From the human T2T-CHM13v2.0 reference genome, Homo sapiens: DNA of 64,000 bases. The position numbers were made by a program, and so were the translations under genes. Under the pieces are notes generated by a model, which had not been told where the DNA came from, did not search any database, and saw only the letters and a list, made by a program, of their open reading frames with translations. The DNA lies in NCBI RefSeq assembly GCF_009914755.1, contig NC_060946.1, one strand, 5' to 3'. Positions 40,940 through 57,385 of the stretch are shown here, piece by piece (position 1 is the stretch's first letter; the number at the start of each line of letters is the position of its first letter).

Positions 40940-41508
40940 TTTTATTTTAGATTAAGGAGTTACATGAGCAGGTTTGTTACATAGGTATATTGCCTAATGC
41001 TGAGGTTTGGGGTACAAATAATCCTGTCACCCAGGTAGTGGGCATAGTACCTAATAGTTTTTCAGCCCTTGCCCCCATCCCTTCCCCCTCTAGTTGTCTG
41101 CTGTGTCTGCTGTTCCCATCTTTATGTCCACATGTACCCAATGTGTAGCTCCCACTTGTAAGTGAGAACATGTGGTATTGGTTTTCTGTTCCTGCATTAA
41201 TTTGCTTAGTATAATGGCCTCCAGCTGCAAAAGACATGATTTCATTCTTTTTAATGGCTGCATAGTATTCCATGGTGTATATGTACCACATTATAAAATT
41301 CAATCCACCATTGGTAGGCACCTAGGTTGGTTAATTCCATGTCTTTGCTACTGTGACTAGTGCTGCGATGAACATATGAGTGCATGTGTCTTTTGGTAGA
41401 ATGATTTGTCTTCCTTTGGGTATATACCTAGTAATGGGATTGCTGGGTCCAATGATAGTTCCAAGTTCTTTGAGAAATCTCCAACTGCTTCTCATAGTGG
41501 CTGAACTA
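40940..41508 (-). mobile_element. Old L1PA/L1PB 3' end
   Basis: Remnant MWYIYTMEYYAAIKKNEIMSFAA; cccacttgtaagtgagaacatgtgg. Confidence 0.88.
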
Positions 41509-42178
41509 CAAATTTAATTCTTATATATAATTGGTTACACAACTCCTGAGGAAATGAAGCTTATTCATTTAGAGTCAGATATAAGTAAATATTTTTATTA
41601 CTAAAACAATATTTCCTAAATCATACACTAAAATAAATAATTTTACTGCTGATTGAGACATTAAAGGTCAAACTCCAACCTGCTCATGTTGCAAAAAAAA
41701 AAGAGTCCCATGCTTTATGCAAAAACTATGAAATATTCAAGTAGTTCATACAAAGATCTTTTTTTATTATTTCTAGCCACGAAAACATCATCACTTTCCA
41801 ATGAACAACATTAAAAATGTATAAAAACCTACAAATTTTAAATTTGGCATCTTAATATTTTACTTCAAAATTAAATTCCATTAATTCCAATTTTAAATAT
41901 ATTGCATGTAAACTATTTTTGTCTGGTTTTAATTTGCTGTGTTTACATTTTATTACAGTATCATTCCTCTTGTTTTGAAATACATCCTATATAGATGCTA
42001 AAATCTTCCCTAAATAAAACTTGACTGGATTAATTCCATTAAATTCCATATGGACAAGTTCTACAAACTCATCTTCCATATATAGCTGTTGATATGATTA
42101 GTTCCAATGGCTTCACGTCATAGCTCTTACTCATCATTTCAAATTTCACATTTTCACATGAGCAAACCAAACACTTAC

Positions 42179-42267
42179 CTCTTTATACCATTTATATATA
42201 GGTCAATTCCACCAAACCTGGACAGAAAGGCAAGGTACGGTACAGTACCAGAGGTGCTAAGGGGGAT
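42179..42267 (-). CDS. EFCAB6: EFCAB6 coding exon (89 nt)
   Basis: ctgtag|ATCCCC; IPLSTSGTVPYLAFLSRFGGIDLYINGIK(R); donor AG|gtaagt. Cumulative 440 nt, phase 2. Confidence 0.96.
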
Positions 42268-42898
42268 CTACAGTCAAGGGAGAAGAATGACAACATGTTA
42301 GAGAATTAAGATCCAAGCAATAGACGGTAAAGCAGATTTCTAAATCACAGCTCTCAGGATGTAACAGAGAATACTATTAACAGGACGAGCATTCCATTAA
42401 ACATTTAAATACAACTGCTTAACCCAGGTGTCACGGTGAACATGCATTCTCAGCAAATAGAGTGTAAATAGCACCCTAGAATGCCAGTCTGTGCCCAACT
42501 GAAAGTCGAGTTATCTACAAAATTATTTAAAATCGCCTAAAAAATAAGCATAAATATACTCTATATATACTCTAATATGTGTTACACATATAATACATAT
42601 TAGAAGCTGAGGCCATAGCACAATTTTATACTGAGTGTCACGTGAACTTTGTACACGAGTTTGTACATACAGTTTTAAGGTAGAAAAAAATCCATTTTTA
42701 AATTAAAAATTCCACAAAGGATATCATTGGGTCAAGTGGGTCAATACAGACTGTAGATTAAATAAAAGTATTATCTCAATGTTTAATTTGCTGACATTGA
42801 TAGGTGCACTGTGATTATGTAAAAGAATAGCTCTTAGGAAATGTACACTGATGTTTTTGGGGTAAAGAACTATGATACAAGCAACTTCCCCTCAAGTG

Positions 42899-43207
42899 TT
42901 TTTTGTTTGTTTTTGTTTTTGTTTTTTGAGATGGAGTCTCGCTCTGTCACGCAGGCTGGAGGGCAGTCATAGAATCTCGGCCCACTGCAACCTTCGCCTC
43001 CCCGGTTCATGCAATTCTCCTGCCTCAGGTTCTGGAGCAGCTGGGACTATAGGCACACATCACACCCAGCTAATTTTTGAATTTTTAATAGAGATGGGGT
43101 TTCCCCAGGCTGGCCAGGATGGTCTTGAACTCCTGACCTCAAATGATATGCCTGCCTCAGCCTCCCAAAGTACTGGGATTACAGGCATGAGCCACCACAC
43201 CTGGCCC
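42899..43207 (-). mobile_element. AluS
   Basis: Antisense Alu; TSD cccctcaagtgttttt. Confidence 0.93.
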
Positions 43208-43315
43208 CCCTCAAGTGTTTTTAAATATATATATATGTGTACATTGTTTGTGTATGTTGTGTGCATACACATACACACAGATAATGAGAGATCACAGAAG
43301 AAACAAATGAGGTAA

Positions 43316-43687
<372 letters not shown>

Positions 43688-43725
43688 TATTCTTGCAACT
43701 TTTCTACAGGTTTAAGATTATTCCT

Positions 43726-43841
43726 TTTATTTATTTATTTAATTTTTTTTTGAGATGGAGTCTCATTCTGTTGCCCAGGCTAGAGTGCAGTGGCACAATC
43801 TTGGCTCACTGCAACCTCCACCTCCTGGGTTCAAGCAATTC
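43726..43841 (-). mobile_element. 5'-truncated Alu (part of right arm)
   Basis: Partial Alu; flanked by aagattatt / gagattatt. Confidence 0.85.
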
Positions 43842-45834
43842 AGTTTGAGATTATTTCTAAGCAAAAAGTTAAATTTTATTTAATAAAATATTTCCAAAGA
43901 AGCATTATGAATCTAAAATTTAGATAAACATTAAATAAATATACAATCAATATAAATCTATTTCATCAAGCTTCACACAAATACACAAAGTACAATTTCC
44001 CATACAGCTGAATGGCTCCCAACTCTACACAATCAAATCTGTTATTTACTAAGCCCTTAAAATGCCGGCCTCAAAGCCTGGCATGGTTATTGCAGTCTTC
44101 TCCAAAGGATGGATTGCTGTTTACTATTTAAAACATGTGTAACTAGGAAATGAGACCAGTGGAGAGGGGCTCACAGGGTGGGCCTCTGTAAAGCCTTTTC
44201 CTGGAAAGAATGCCTGTGACTTCTTTTCTGATAATGCATTTTTAAGTAGATATAATTTTGAGCAAGCATTTCAGTTTCCCTAGCCTTGCAGAAGAAGGGC
44301 AAGAGCAGATTAAACATGTAGTTCAAGGTTGGGTGCCCTCCTGGTTTTGGAAGTGATAAGAGGAAATGAGGAAGAGAAGAAACTTACATTTGCAGAGCTC
44401 ACACTGACTGGATGCAGGCACTATTCTCAGTGTTTTACATGAGTAGCCCTAAAACCACCCTCAGAGGTGGTGTCACTTTCTACAACTCACAAAGCAGAGG
44501 TATGGCCTCCCTGCCCGGCACCGCCATGAGTGCCAGCGATCTCTGTGAATCCAGAGTGCAAGTCCATCCCACTGCACTAACCACCCTACCCATGAAGAAA
44601 AAGACAGCCCGTCAAATTATTCAAGCTTTCATTGCATTTCATATTGCTACTTATAGTCTAACACAAATTCTAATGTGGTAAAGAAATTCTTGCGATGATC
44701 AGTCTCCAAAGCTAAGCCCCTTAGACAAGTAAAGAATCTAGTCCAAAGGGAGAGGCTCTGCTCAGTACTTGCCTTTTGGTGTTTACAATTCTGGCAAAAT
44801 GTTTAAGAATCAAAACCATCTATAGACGAATTGCTGAAAGCGAATTCTTAAGGGTGGGGCTGGAGGAGGCTAGTTTTTAGATCAGTATCCGTCATTGTGA
44901 TAAGTATCTTGCAAGAAGACATTTTCTCCAACCTGGCACAACCACTGGGATGAAAACACAACTTTGTTTTCCTTCTCTGGAATCAATTTACCAATTCAAC
45001 TTCTTTTAAATGGCCTCCATTAATATTCAGGGACTGAGGCCACATTTTTATAAAACACCGAGTCTGCATCACTCTTAATGGAAACAAAGGTACGGAGCAG
45101 ATTGCAAGAAAAACCTCCTCATACTTCCTGCCCTGGTCAGTCATTAAAACACCCTGACACTCAAACATTCCTGACACAGGTCTTCAAATAAAATTGAAGC
45201 TAAAGTAAATTCAGACTATAACTGGAAAATTCTTTCCCAACTTTAAGGGGAAATTACCATGAAATCTTTTACTCATTTTGTAAGTGTCCAGTTAGGCTTA
45301 CATTAACTACTAAAAAAGAAAGAGCATGTATCACCAAATGGATTCATCATAGAACCATCTAGAAAAGCCACAGATGCTGGGAAGTCTGTGGATAGAGAAG
45401 GGAAGCCCTGCCCTTCATTCCCAATGACCTTGGCCTCCTGCAATGTGCCACACTCCAGCCTCCTTGATTGACACACATGTCACAGGAGCTTAAGGTTCTG
45501 GGAATCTTACTTGTCATTTAGGACAGACTATCAAGACCTGTTTTTTAAAAAGTCTTTGAAGTTCTACAGTTCTCAGTGGCTTCTTTTAAAAACAGATGTA
45601 GCTTTTAAAAACAGATACACATTTCATATTTTCTGTACTTTTGCTCTTCCTGCATAACTGATTAGCTTGGGAAGATTGTCAAAATTTTAAATTAACATTA
45701 GATCATGACTATAAGGACACATAGCAGGAAATAATATTTTAACTCTCCATTTGGCATAAAGTATCACTTAAATCAAGTTTATGAGGAAACTGATACAATG
45801 TTTACAAGGATGAATGTTCTTTAAAAGCAAAAGA

Positions 45835-46392
45835 ACACTACCATATGACATGGCAGTTCTCCCCTAGGTATGTACCCAAGAGAACTGAAAACATATGTTC
45901 ACACGAAAACCTTTCACATGAATGTTCACAGCAGTGCTATTCACAAAAGTCAAAACGTGGAAACAACTCAAAGGTCCATCAGCCGATCAAAGGGTAAACA
46001 AAATGTGGTCTATCCATACAATGGACTATTACTCAGCCATAAAAAGGAATGAGGTACAAATTCATGCTGTAACATGGGTGAGCCTTAAAAACATGTGCTA
46101 GACACAAAAGATCATATCTTGTATGACTCCATTGATATGAAATATCCAGAATCTATAATGACAAATCTATGGTGACAGAAAGTACATTAGTATTTGCAGA
46201 TACAGTGGAAAGGAAATGGAGAGTAACTGCTAAGGAGGACAGTTTCTTTTTGGAATGATGAAAACGGTTTTCAATTAGATAGTGGTGATGACTGCGAAAC
46301 TCTATGAATATATGAAAAACACCAATTTATACATGTTTAAAGGGTGAATTTTATGATACGTAAATTATACCTTAATAAAGCTGCTATTAAAA
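45835..46392 (+). mobile_element. L1MB/MC 3' end
   Basis: Remnant YPRELKTYVHTK; ends aaattataccttaataaagctgctattaaaaa. Confidence 0.85.
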
Positions 46393-46661
46393 ATGTAGAC
46401 AGCAATAAAGGGTGATGTGGAAAAAATCAAATGCACTATTTTATCCATTATTATAGAAGTAAATAAAGGGGAAATTTTTTTTTAAGGGAAGAGAAAAGTT
46501 CTGTCTTCCTCCTCCTTTTCTATCTTTTCTAACAATTCAGTCCTAAAGTCATCAGATGGGACAGAGGAAAATGACATCACAGTGTTGGAGGAGCCATCAA
46601 AGCCCGGAGGAGGATATGGGGTGAGGAGGGCATCATCATAGTGGGGTGTCAGTGCCCATGA

Positions 46662-47175
<514 letters not shown>

Positions 47176-47199
47176 TACTCACAGTATGCTTCTATTAGC

Positions 47200-47700
47200 T
47201 CTGTTCTGAAATATTATCCAAACATACTCAAATATGAACAGCCAGGGAAATAAGACCCCTCTCAATGGAAAAGACCATCAATGCAGGTCAACCTTGAGGT
47301 GACTAACATGTGAAAATTACTAGACAAGAACTTTAAAGCAGCTATTTTAACTATGTTCAATGAGTTGAAAGACATATGCTCATAACTGCAGAAAAACAGA
47401 AAATCTAAGCAGGTAAAGAGATCATAAAGAGGAATTAAATGGAAATTCTACAACTGTAATATACAATGTCTAAAAGTAAAAATTCAAGGGATGGGGCTAA
47501 CAGCAGAATGAAGATGATAAGAGTCGGTGAACTTAAAGACAGATCAATAGACATTATCCAATCTGAATGATAGAATAAAACTTTTTTTAATGAACTGAGC
47601 CTCAGGGGCCAGTGGGACAATATCAAAATGTTTAAGAGAGGAAAGAATGGGACAGAAAAAAATTTGAGAAAATTATGGCTCAAAACTTCACAAATTCAAA
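47200..47700 (+). mobile_element. L1M ORF1-region fragment
   Basis: gacaagaactttaaagcagctatttt...aaatggaaattctacaactg...agcctcaggggccagtgggacaatatcaa. Confidence 0.7.
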
Positions 47701-48022
47701 AAAAAAGACAGAATTAAAAGGAAGAGAAAACTTTGAAACAGAATATGGTATGCATAAGAAGAAACAACAAATAGAACTGTACTTTTTTTTAATTTTAAGT
47801 CAGAAAAAAAAAGAGAGAGAGAGAGAGTCAGTCCTTGAAGTTAAGACTAGAATTTGGGAATGCCTGAAATTCATTGAGCTATTTGTTTTGATAACAGATC
47901 ATTCCCCTGTGTTGGAAGTATACACAGTGGGTTGTAGTACACAGCAAATTCTAAAAGAAGTAAGTTTTTAAATTGCTAGGAGGTAGCATCAAGTCAGACT
48001 CTGATTAAGAACTAATGAATGA

Positions 48023-48340
48023 GGCCAGGCACGGTGGCTCACCCCTGTAATCCCGGCACTTTGGGAGGCCAAGGCAGACTGATCACTTGAGGTCAGGAAC
48101 TCGAGACCAGCCTGGCCAACATGCAGAAACCCCGTCTCTACTAAAAATTTAAAAATTAGCTGGGCATGGTGGCACATGCCTGTAATCCCACTATTCGGGA
48201 GGCTGAGGCACAAGAATCACTTGAACTCTGGAGACGGAGGTTGCAGTAAGCCAAGATAGCGCCACTGCACTCTAGCCTGGATGACAGAGTGAGACTCCAT
48301 CAAAAAATAAAAAATAAATTAATTAATTAATTTAAAAAAA
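48023..48340 (+). mobile_element. AluS
   Basis: Full dimer; TSD aactaatgaatga. Confidence 0.95.
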
Positions 48341-48599
48341 CTAATGAATGAGTAAATACATATATACTTGTCTGTGTGTGTGCATGCATGTGTGTGTACA
48401 AATTTAGTTATTGGGTTAAATGGAATACTAATGATATTCTAGCCCAAATTTTCTACTTTTGATCATTACAGACTGATTTTGAAAGGGTTTGACTCCTACT
48501 GCATTTCATATTCCTTTTTTAAGGCCCCCAAGGATACAGTCCACAGATTTTTACTCCTTTCATCCCCCTGGTGTGGCACACTACCAGGTGGCCAAGGGC

Positions 48600-49150
48600 C
48601 TTCATCCTCCACATCCCTCCCCATGTAACTGCATCACCCCTGCTGCAAACCCTTCACCGGCTCCCTACAGCCTCTAGGATAAATGTCGAACTGTTTTACG
48701 AAGTACTTTTCTGAATTGGCCCTTCTGGCCACAACATGACCCATATCCCTTCACTTCCGATAGAAGTCACAGAACTACCCAGGTCCCTGAGTAAGCATGG
48801 CAGGCGGATGCAGGCATCCAAGCTTTCACACAGGCTGTCCCCTCTGCTATAATGACCTTTCCTTCCCCTCTCATCTCGAGAATACTCACTCCTTCGTCAA
48901 AACTAAGTTAAATGCCCCTCGTCCAGAAAGCCTTCCTGGACTACCTCTCCTCATTTTCAGATAGCTCTCCCTCCGGTAACTCCCAGCCACCCTGTCGTGG
49001 CCCCTCTCCCAGCACTTGCCAACACTCCGTAAGTGTCTCACTGGGCTGGGAGCTCCTCAAGGGCAGGGCCTGAGTCTGACTTATCTGCACCGCAGTGTCT
49101 AGCATTGGCTCTAGCATAAAGCCAATGCTCCGTAACTATTTGATGAAGGG
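48600..49150 (+). mobile_element. L2 3' fragment
   Basis: gctgtcccctctgctataatgacc...ccagaaagccttcctgg...gagctcctcaagggcaggg. Confidence 0.65.
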
Positions 49151-49182
49151 AAAAAATGCCAAAATACTAAGTTCCAAAATAG

Positions 49183-49568
<386 letters not shown>

Positions 49569-49764
49569 CTACATGCAAAATATGACCGAGTAGCTGTTGA
49601 TCGTGATCATCTACATCAGCCTTAATTAACTGAATTATGAAAAACAAAACTTCAACTGCTCAGTGGCAACAGTGGGGACAAAGACAGGAGAGGTTACCTG
49701 CTCCCCTGATCTACCTCAGCTTGTCTGGAATTGAGGGATTCTAAGTATGTACAACATACAGCAC

Positions 49765-49976
49765 CTGAGCCAACACGTCCTGAAACTGTTCTCGTGTGAG
49801 CGGCATCAGGAAGTCTGTGATGATTCTTCTCAGTTCACTTTTTGACACAGTCAAGTTCTGACCAGTATCCAGCAGCTGAAAGGCTTTTTGCAACTCATCC
49901 CCTCTGTCGGTAATTTTTTGAAATAAAATCCGTTTAACATCTAAGGAGGACAGTGTTGGATTTGCAACAGCTGTGG
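49765..49976 (-). CDS. EFCAB6: EFCAB6 coding exon (212 nt), first EF-hand-like motif
   Basis: cttttatag|CCACAGCT...; (T)TAVANPTLSSLDVKRILFQKITDRGDELQKAFQLLDTGQNLTVSKSELRRIITDFLMPLTREQFQDVLAQ; donor CAG|gtgctg. 139+212=351, phase 0. Confidence 0.96.
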
Positions 49977-50326
49977 CTATAAAAGAGATACAGCTATTTA
50001 TTAAACATGTTTAAAGCCAAGATACTAAACAGAAACTCTTGCACTGTTGAACGGAACCAAGAAAACTTATTAGATGGTATTTCTCCCACCATATCTAGGT
50101 TTACGTGTATCACCGTTAGATGACTTGTAATGAAAAATCTACTCGGTCATCTTTCAACTCTGAAATTTGGTCAATATAGAATAATAGTAATCACAATAGT
50201 AAGAAAAAAAAAGAGAATCTTCCCTGTAAAGGACATAGGTCAGTACAAGTGAAAAACATGGATATTGAAAGAAAATTTAGTCAATATCATTCAAATAAAT
50301 CTTTAAAATATCATATTCACCTTTCA

Positions 50327-50891
<565 letters not shown>

Positions 50892-52119
50892 CTAGAGGAA
50901 CAATAGGTAGGAAATTACATAGTAAATCCTAGATGTATGTTAAAGGGCTTTAACATTGCCTCATCCTTTATAATAATATTCACAAGCAGCAGCTAGGGAG
51001 GGAGGATGCTAGTTCTTTCCCTTTGAATGAAAATTTCTTATCAAGCTATTGCACATTTCTGGCATAAGGACAGTGATAGCTTTAGTCTTGGGGTGACCTG
51101 GGCAGGTAAAAGATGCCAAAGATCTCGGTGCACCAACTTGAACCCACCCAGAGGGCAGGCTAGGATTTCCTCAGAGCTGTAGGGTGGGCTGGGCTGTCTT
51201 CTGCTTGAGGGGATACAAGAGACAACGTGCAGGCACCCCACAGTGACGCTGCCATGGAGATTGGCTGCAGACCCTAACCCCATGAGCCACAGCACAGCAG
51301 GCTCTGGGGGGCACTTCCACGCCACACAGGGACTGCGCTGCCATCGGCGATTCTCCCCCGACACCCACTGAGGGCCCAGCGCACGCAGGGCCTGTGCCGG
51401 GGGCTGGGGATGACTCTCGCTCCTGATGCCCACAGCCTCAGGGAGGGAGGTGATTCGGTAACTGGGATGTGGCGGTCCAGTGTGGAGACAGGCATTAGGT
51501 GTCTGCAGGGAGCACGGGAGACCTAAACAGAGGATGGCTGGTTTCCGGTGACAGGATGGAAGGTGACAGGAAAGCCCACTCAGTGGAAAGCAACTTGGTG
51601 ATCCTGAGGGAACGCAGCTGGAAGTGGGGCTGCTGTGGGGCGTGGCCAGCCTGGGCAAAAGGGGGATGGGGGTGGGGACAAGCAGAGCTGCATCGGCCAA
51701 GAGATGACGGGAAAAGTCAGCAGGGCCTGTCCTTGGGCTTCACGCTCTGGGGTTATGAGATGGCACAGTGGGACTGTCATCAAAAGAACAACATAACCCT
51801 ATTTTCATTCTTCACCTTCCCCCTGGTACCACGTGGAGGAGGAACCAAAAGGGAAGGGGAGTGATGGGGTGGAGACAGGCTGGGTGACTACAGCTTCTTA
51901 GGAGAGGAGTCACACAGTACCGTACTAGCGTGATGGTCACAGAGCAAAAAGACTTCACATGAATAAAAGAAAGGTCAAGCGGGGAGGTCTACAGACTCCT
52001 CTGATTGGAGGGGCCAGGTGAGGGATGGAGAGAGGATGGAACACCTGCGTCTGGCCTGGGTGGCTGGGCAGGGGCAGCACCCTTCACTTAGAAAGGGAAG
52101 AGGGAAGATGCAACAGATG

Positions 52120-52940
<821 letters not shown>

Positions 52941-52944
52941 ACAG

Positions 52945-54290
52945 AAGAGGAAAAGGCTTATGGAAAGAGAATGAGTTCAGCCTGGGATATCTAAGCGGGA
53001 TGTCCATCTGAAAGTTGAATACATGCTCTGGAGATAAGAGAGGCTGGAGTGGAGATGCAAGTGTGGGAACCACCTGCATGGAGGCCACAGGGAAACAGGC
53101 CCAATGGGAAGAGGAGAAGGGGCCGTGGGAAACACTGACTTGTAAGGAAGTGGAATTGATTCATTCGAAAAATGTCGTATGTCAACAACTATCATATTTC
53201 AACCACTGTTTTCAGCCCTGAGGGTACTGCAGTGAATAAGACAGGTACAGCTTACAATCTGGAGGTGAGACGACAGACAAGAAGCCAATAAATAAATAAA
53301 CAAATGATAGGGTCATGGCGCACAGTGACACGTGCAATGAAAATGGAAAGACAAAACAATGAGGCAGAGTGCAGCTGGGGGCTGCTTTAGAGGGGATGGT
53401 CAAGGAAGTCTGCTCCAAAGTGGGTTTGTGAGCTGAAACCCGGAAGGATAAAAATGAGCCAGCCAGTCAAGAAGCTGAAGTAAGAATGTCTTCAACAGGG
53501 AAACCATAGCAACCAGTGAAGAACCCCTGAGCAAGAAGGAGCTTGATACATCCATGAAAGAAAAAGGCTGGAGTGGACGGTGTGGCACATAGCAGGTAGG
53601 ATGGAGAACAGTGAGAGGTCAGGCCAGGGGAGGAGAAGGCCAGTCCACACAGGCTTCAGGCACCTGCAGAAAGGATGGCATTTTCTTCAAAGTGCAATGG
53701 AAAGGCTCAGGAGAGTTTAGGGAGGGAAGCAATGTTATCTAATACAGCCTCTGTGTGGGGTTTTAAAAATGTGTTCTGGCTGCTATGTAAAGAATGGATT
53801 ATAGGGGGCAAAAAATGAGGAAGAGAGACAAGAGAGGAGGCTGCTTCAAGGTCTAGGAGGTAACTGTGGCTTAAACCAGGTGGTAGCCCTGAAGGTAGAC
53901 AAAAAGTAGACAGATAGGAGACATGATCTATCGGATCTGTAGCTGACAAGGTTTTGCTGATGGATTGGCTGAGGAGGCGTGTGAGGGGTGTTAAAGAAAA
54001 TAGAGAAATCAAGGATAATCCCTTGGTGCTGGACATGAGCAATGAGATAAATGACAGTGTCACTGCTAAGATGGAGAACACGGGGGAGTCGAGAGACCCG
54101 TTTAGCCAGTTCCGGTCTGAGATGCCCGTTAGATGCGGTGCACGCAGAAAGGTCCGCGAGGCAACTGGATATACGATCGGGAGCTTAGTGGGGAAGTGAG
54201 GATGGAGCTATCATTTTGGTTACAGGTGGCATTTCAGGACATGGAGCCAGATGACTCACTTAAGAGAGGGCAGACAGGGAACAGAGGAAT
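52945..54290 (-). mobile_element. L2 fragments
   Basis: ttctggctgctatgtaaagaatggattatagggg; caaggttttgctgatggattgg; tctgagatgcccgttaga. Confidence 0.7.
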
Positions 54291-54809
54291 GAGCACAGCC
54301 CTGAGGGGGAAGAAAGAACTTAACCCTCCCACAAGAGTTCCAAGAACACTCAGTAATGCAGGAAGCACTCGGGCTTCCCTTCCATTTCTGGCTGTCACTC
54401 AGAATCTCAGAAGCAGCTGATTCACACACAGCAGCTGCGTGCTTCAGTATCAGCCAGTGAGCACTCTTTCTCCCTCTGCCCACCAGCCTGAACATCCTCC
54501 TCCTGCCCCCAGTGTCAGAGGGGGATCCCTCTTGTTAATGTACACCTCTGTCTTGAAATCCTCTCTTGGACTTCTCATATATATTTTTAGTTGCTTTCTT
54601 AGAAGCCCCACCATTGCAATCAATAATTGTAATTTAAAAGAATCAGAAAATATTGATTTGAGACTATTTTAAAATACGTAAAGGAAGACTTTTTATTCCA
54701 CGTGCCTAATGCAACGTCTGAGGATGAAAATGAAAGCAGTAACCAACCTTGCAGAACCTGCTGGTGGGAGTACAAATTGATGGAATCTTTCTGGAGGGCA
54801 ATTTGACAA

Positions 54810-56150
54810 AATTTTCTATATCCGCTTAGGATATAGAAAGTCACAACAGACTGTCACTGTCACCCTAACAATGAGAACAAGTAGGATAAGCTAAAATATA
54901 TATATAGTTTTAAAACCCACCAGAGATCTGAGGATGCAAAGAAACTACAATTCAGGAAAGGACAAGCCACTCGTCAGAGAAAAAAGAATGATAACTCCTT
55001 CCAGCCCTGTGGCACAGTGGGTAAAAAGCAAATTCGTTACAGACAGGGTAGGAAGAAAACGACCCAGTATTTAGCAGCCACATGAGGCTGACAGATGGAT
55101 GAGATTCCCAGGGACCTTGGTCACAGAGCAGGTCTGCGCTCACCCTCTTGGGCCTTCCCCCAGTGCAGGTAAGTAGCACTGCACCAAAGGCTGGGGCTAG
55201 AGGAGAGCTGAGTGATCCACCCCAGCATGGCACACGAGGTTTTGCACAAGTTCGGGGCAGCTGTTTACCAAAGGCTGAATACAGGGAACAAGAGCTCAGG
55301 TGAACCCTCCGAAGCATATGGGCCCTTCACTAAGTGTCAGTGGCCCACTGAAGGTTAAATCAGGGCCACAGGGTGGACACAGATGTTCCCAGGTGCAGAA
55401 AGCCACAGCAGAGCTGGACAACAAAGAGGCCTCCCATGAAACCCCCCAAAATGGCAGGTAGGCAGTAAAGCAGAGAGAGATCTCCCCGCCATATGCAAAG
55501 CTGGTGGCTGGGCTATAAAGCAGAGAGATCTGTGGAGTCTCACCAGTGCTCACACCTCAAAGACCTGTTGAAGGCAAGCATATGAAACCAGGGGTAACCC
55601 AAATTTAACTAAAACTGCAACAAAGTCAAGGCACAGCTTACCTGAGAGATTAAACTGAGCTCACCTCGCTAGAAACCTGAGAGAAGAAGAGGCTTTCCTT
55701 TTCTGGTGGTAAATATTATTGACTTCTGTCTCTGCTGTTTTTAACACAAATATCTGGCATTACTTTTTTTTTTTTAATTGCAAGACAAGTGAAGAAGAAA
55801 AGGTAACTTAATCCAGGTAAAAACAGTCATCAGAAGAACACCCACAGAAAGAATAATGACCAGGTAGAAATGATCAGGTATTCAAACTGAGAATGGGAAA
55901 TATGTTGGCAAGATGAAAGGGAAAAGCTGAGAACATGGTGAACATATAGGGAATTTCACTAGAGAAATGGAAAGTATTTTTAAAGAGCACATGAAAAAAA
56001 TCTAAAAATTAAAAATACAATATCAGAAGTTAAGAATTCACTTGTTTTGCTTAGTAGCAGAGTGTACATGCTAGAAAAAAGAACTCGTGACTATGAACTC
56101 AGGTCTATAGAAATGATTCAACCTGAAACACAAAGATAAGAACACTTTAA
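54810..56150 (+). mobile_element. Ancient L1M 5'/ORF1 region
   Basis: aaaaatacaatatcagaagttaagaattcac...gtctatagaaatgattcaacctgaa. Confidence 0.55.
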
Positions 56151-56334
56151 AAGGAAACAGTGTGTCTAATATTTATTTGCTTATTTGATGTATGAGTTAT
56201 ACAAATATATATCTACAGTTATATGTTGTGCATGCGTGAAAAAGAGATCAGCCCAACTGCTGATGATACCCTCTTGTAGAGGAAAGTGGTGCTGGGAGGC
56301 AAATATATCTTTAATTTTTAAAAAGTAAAAAAAT

Positions 56335-56658
<324 letters not shown>

Positions 56659-57078
56659 CTAAAAAGTACCACCAATAGAAATAAAAAGCAAATGACAAAA
56701 AAGAAAAATACCTGTGGCACTAAGGCAGATAGAAGGTTCACATTTTCAATACAAAGAGAGCTCATACTAGTCACTAAAAAAGACCAACCCAAAGTAGGTA
56801 AACAGGCAAAGGATATGAATAGGCAACTCACAAAAGCAAAAGGCATAAGCCTGGTAAACTTGAGAAAAAAAGTTAACCTTACTATTGAGGAAATGCATAT
56901 TAAATTCACAATGGAATGTTATTTTTCCATATCCAATGGGCAAGATCTTAAAAGACAATCTGTGTTAGGATACTTAGAAATGAGCACTTGTAAGTATCAT
57001 GAGTGAGAATGTGCTAAGGTGCGAGCTTCCTGAAGGGTAATCTGGTGGTACTCATTAGGAACCTTAAGAGCAGGAACA

Positions 57079-57385
57079 GGCTGGGTGCGCTGGCTCATGC
57101 CTATAATCCTGGCATTTTGGGAGGCCGAGGGGGATAGATCACTTGAGGCCAGGAGTTTGAGACCAGCCTGGCCAACATGGTGAAATCCTGTCTCTACTAA
57201 AAATACAAAAATTAGCCAGGTGTGGTGGTGCATGCCTGTGATTCCAGCTACTCAGGAGGCTGAGGCATGAGAATCACTTGAACCTGGGAGGCAGAGGTTG
57301 CAGTTAGCCAAGATCATGCCCTTGCACTCCAGCCTGGATGACAGAGTAAGACTCTGTCTCAAAAAAAAAAAAAAAAAAAAAAAAA
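57079..57385 (+). mobile_element. AluSz
   Basis: TSD aagagcaggaaca / aagagtaggaaca. Confidence 0.95.

Noticed and set aside
51041-51700. 219-aa ORF
   Set aside because: GC-rich chance ORF with no recognisable domain.
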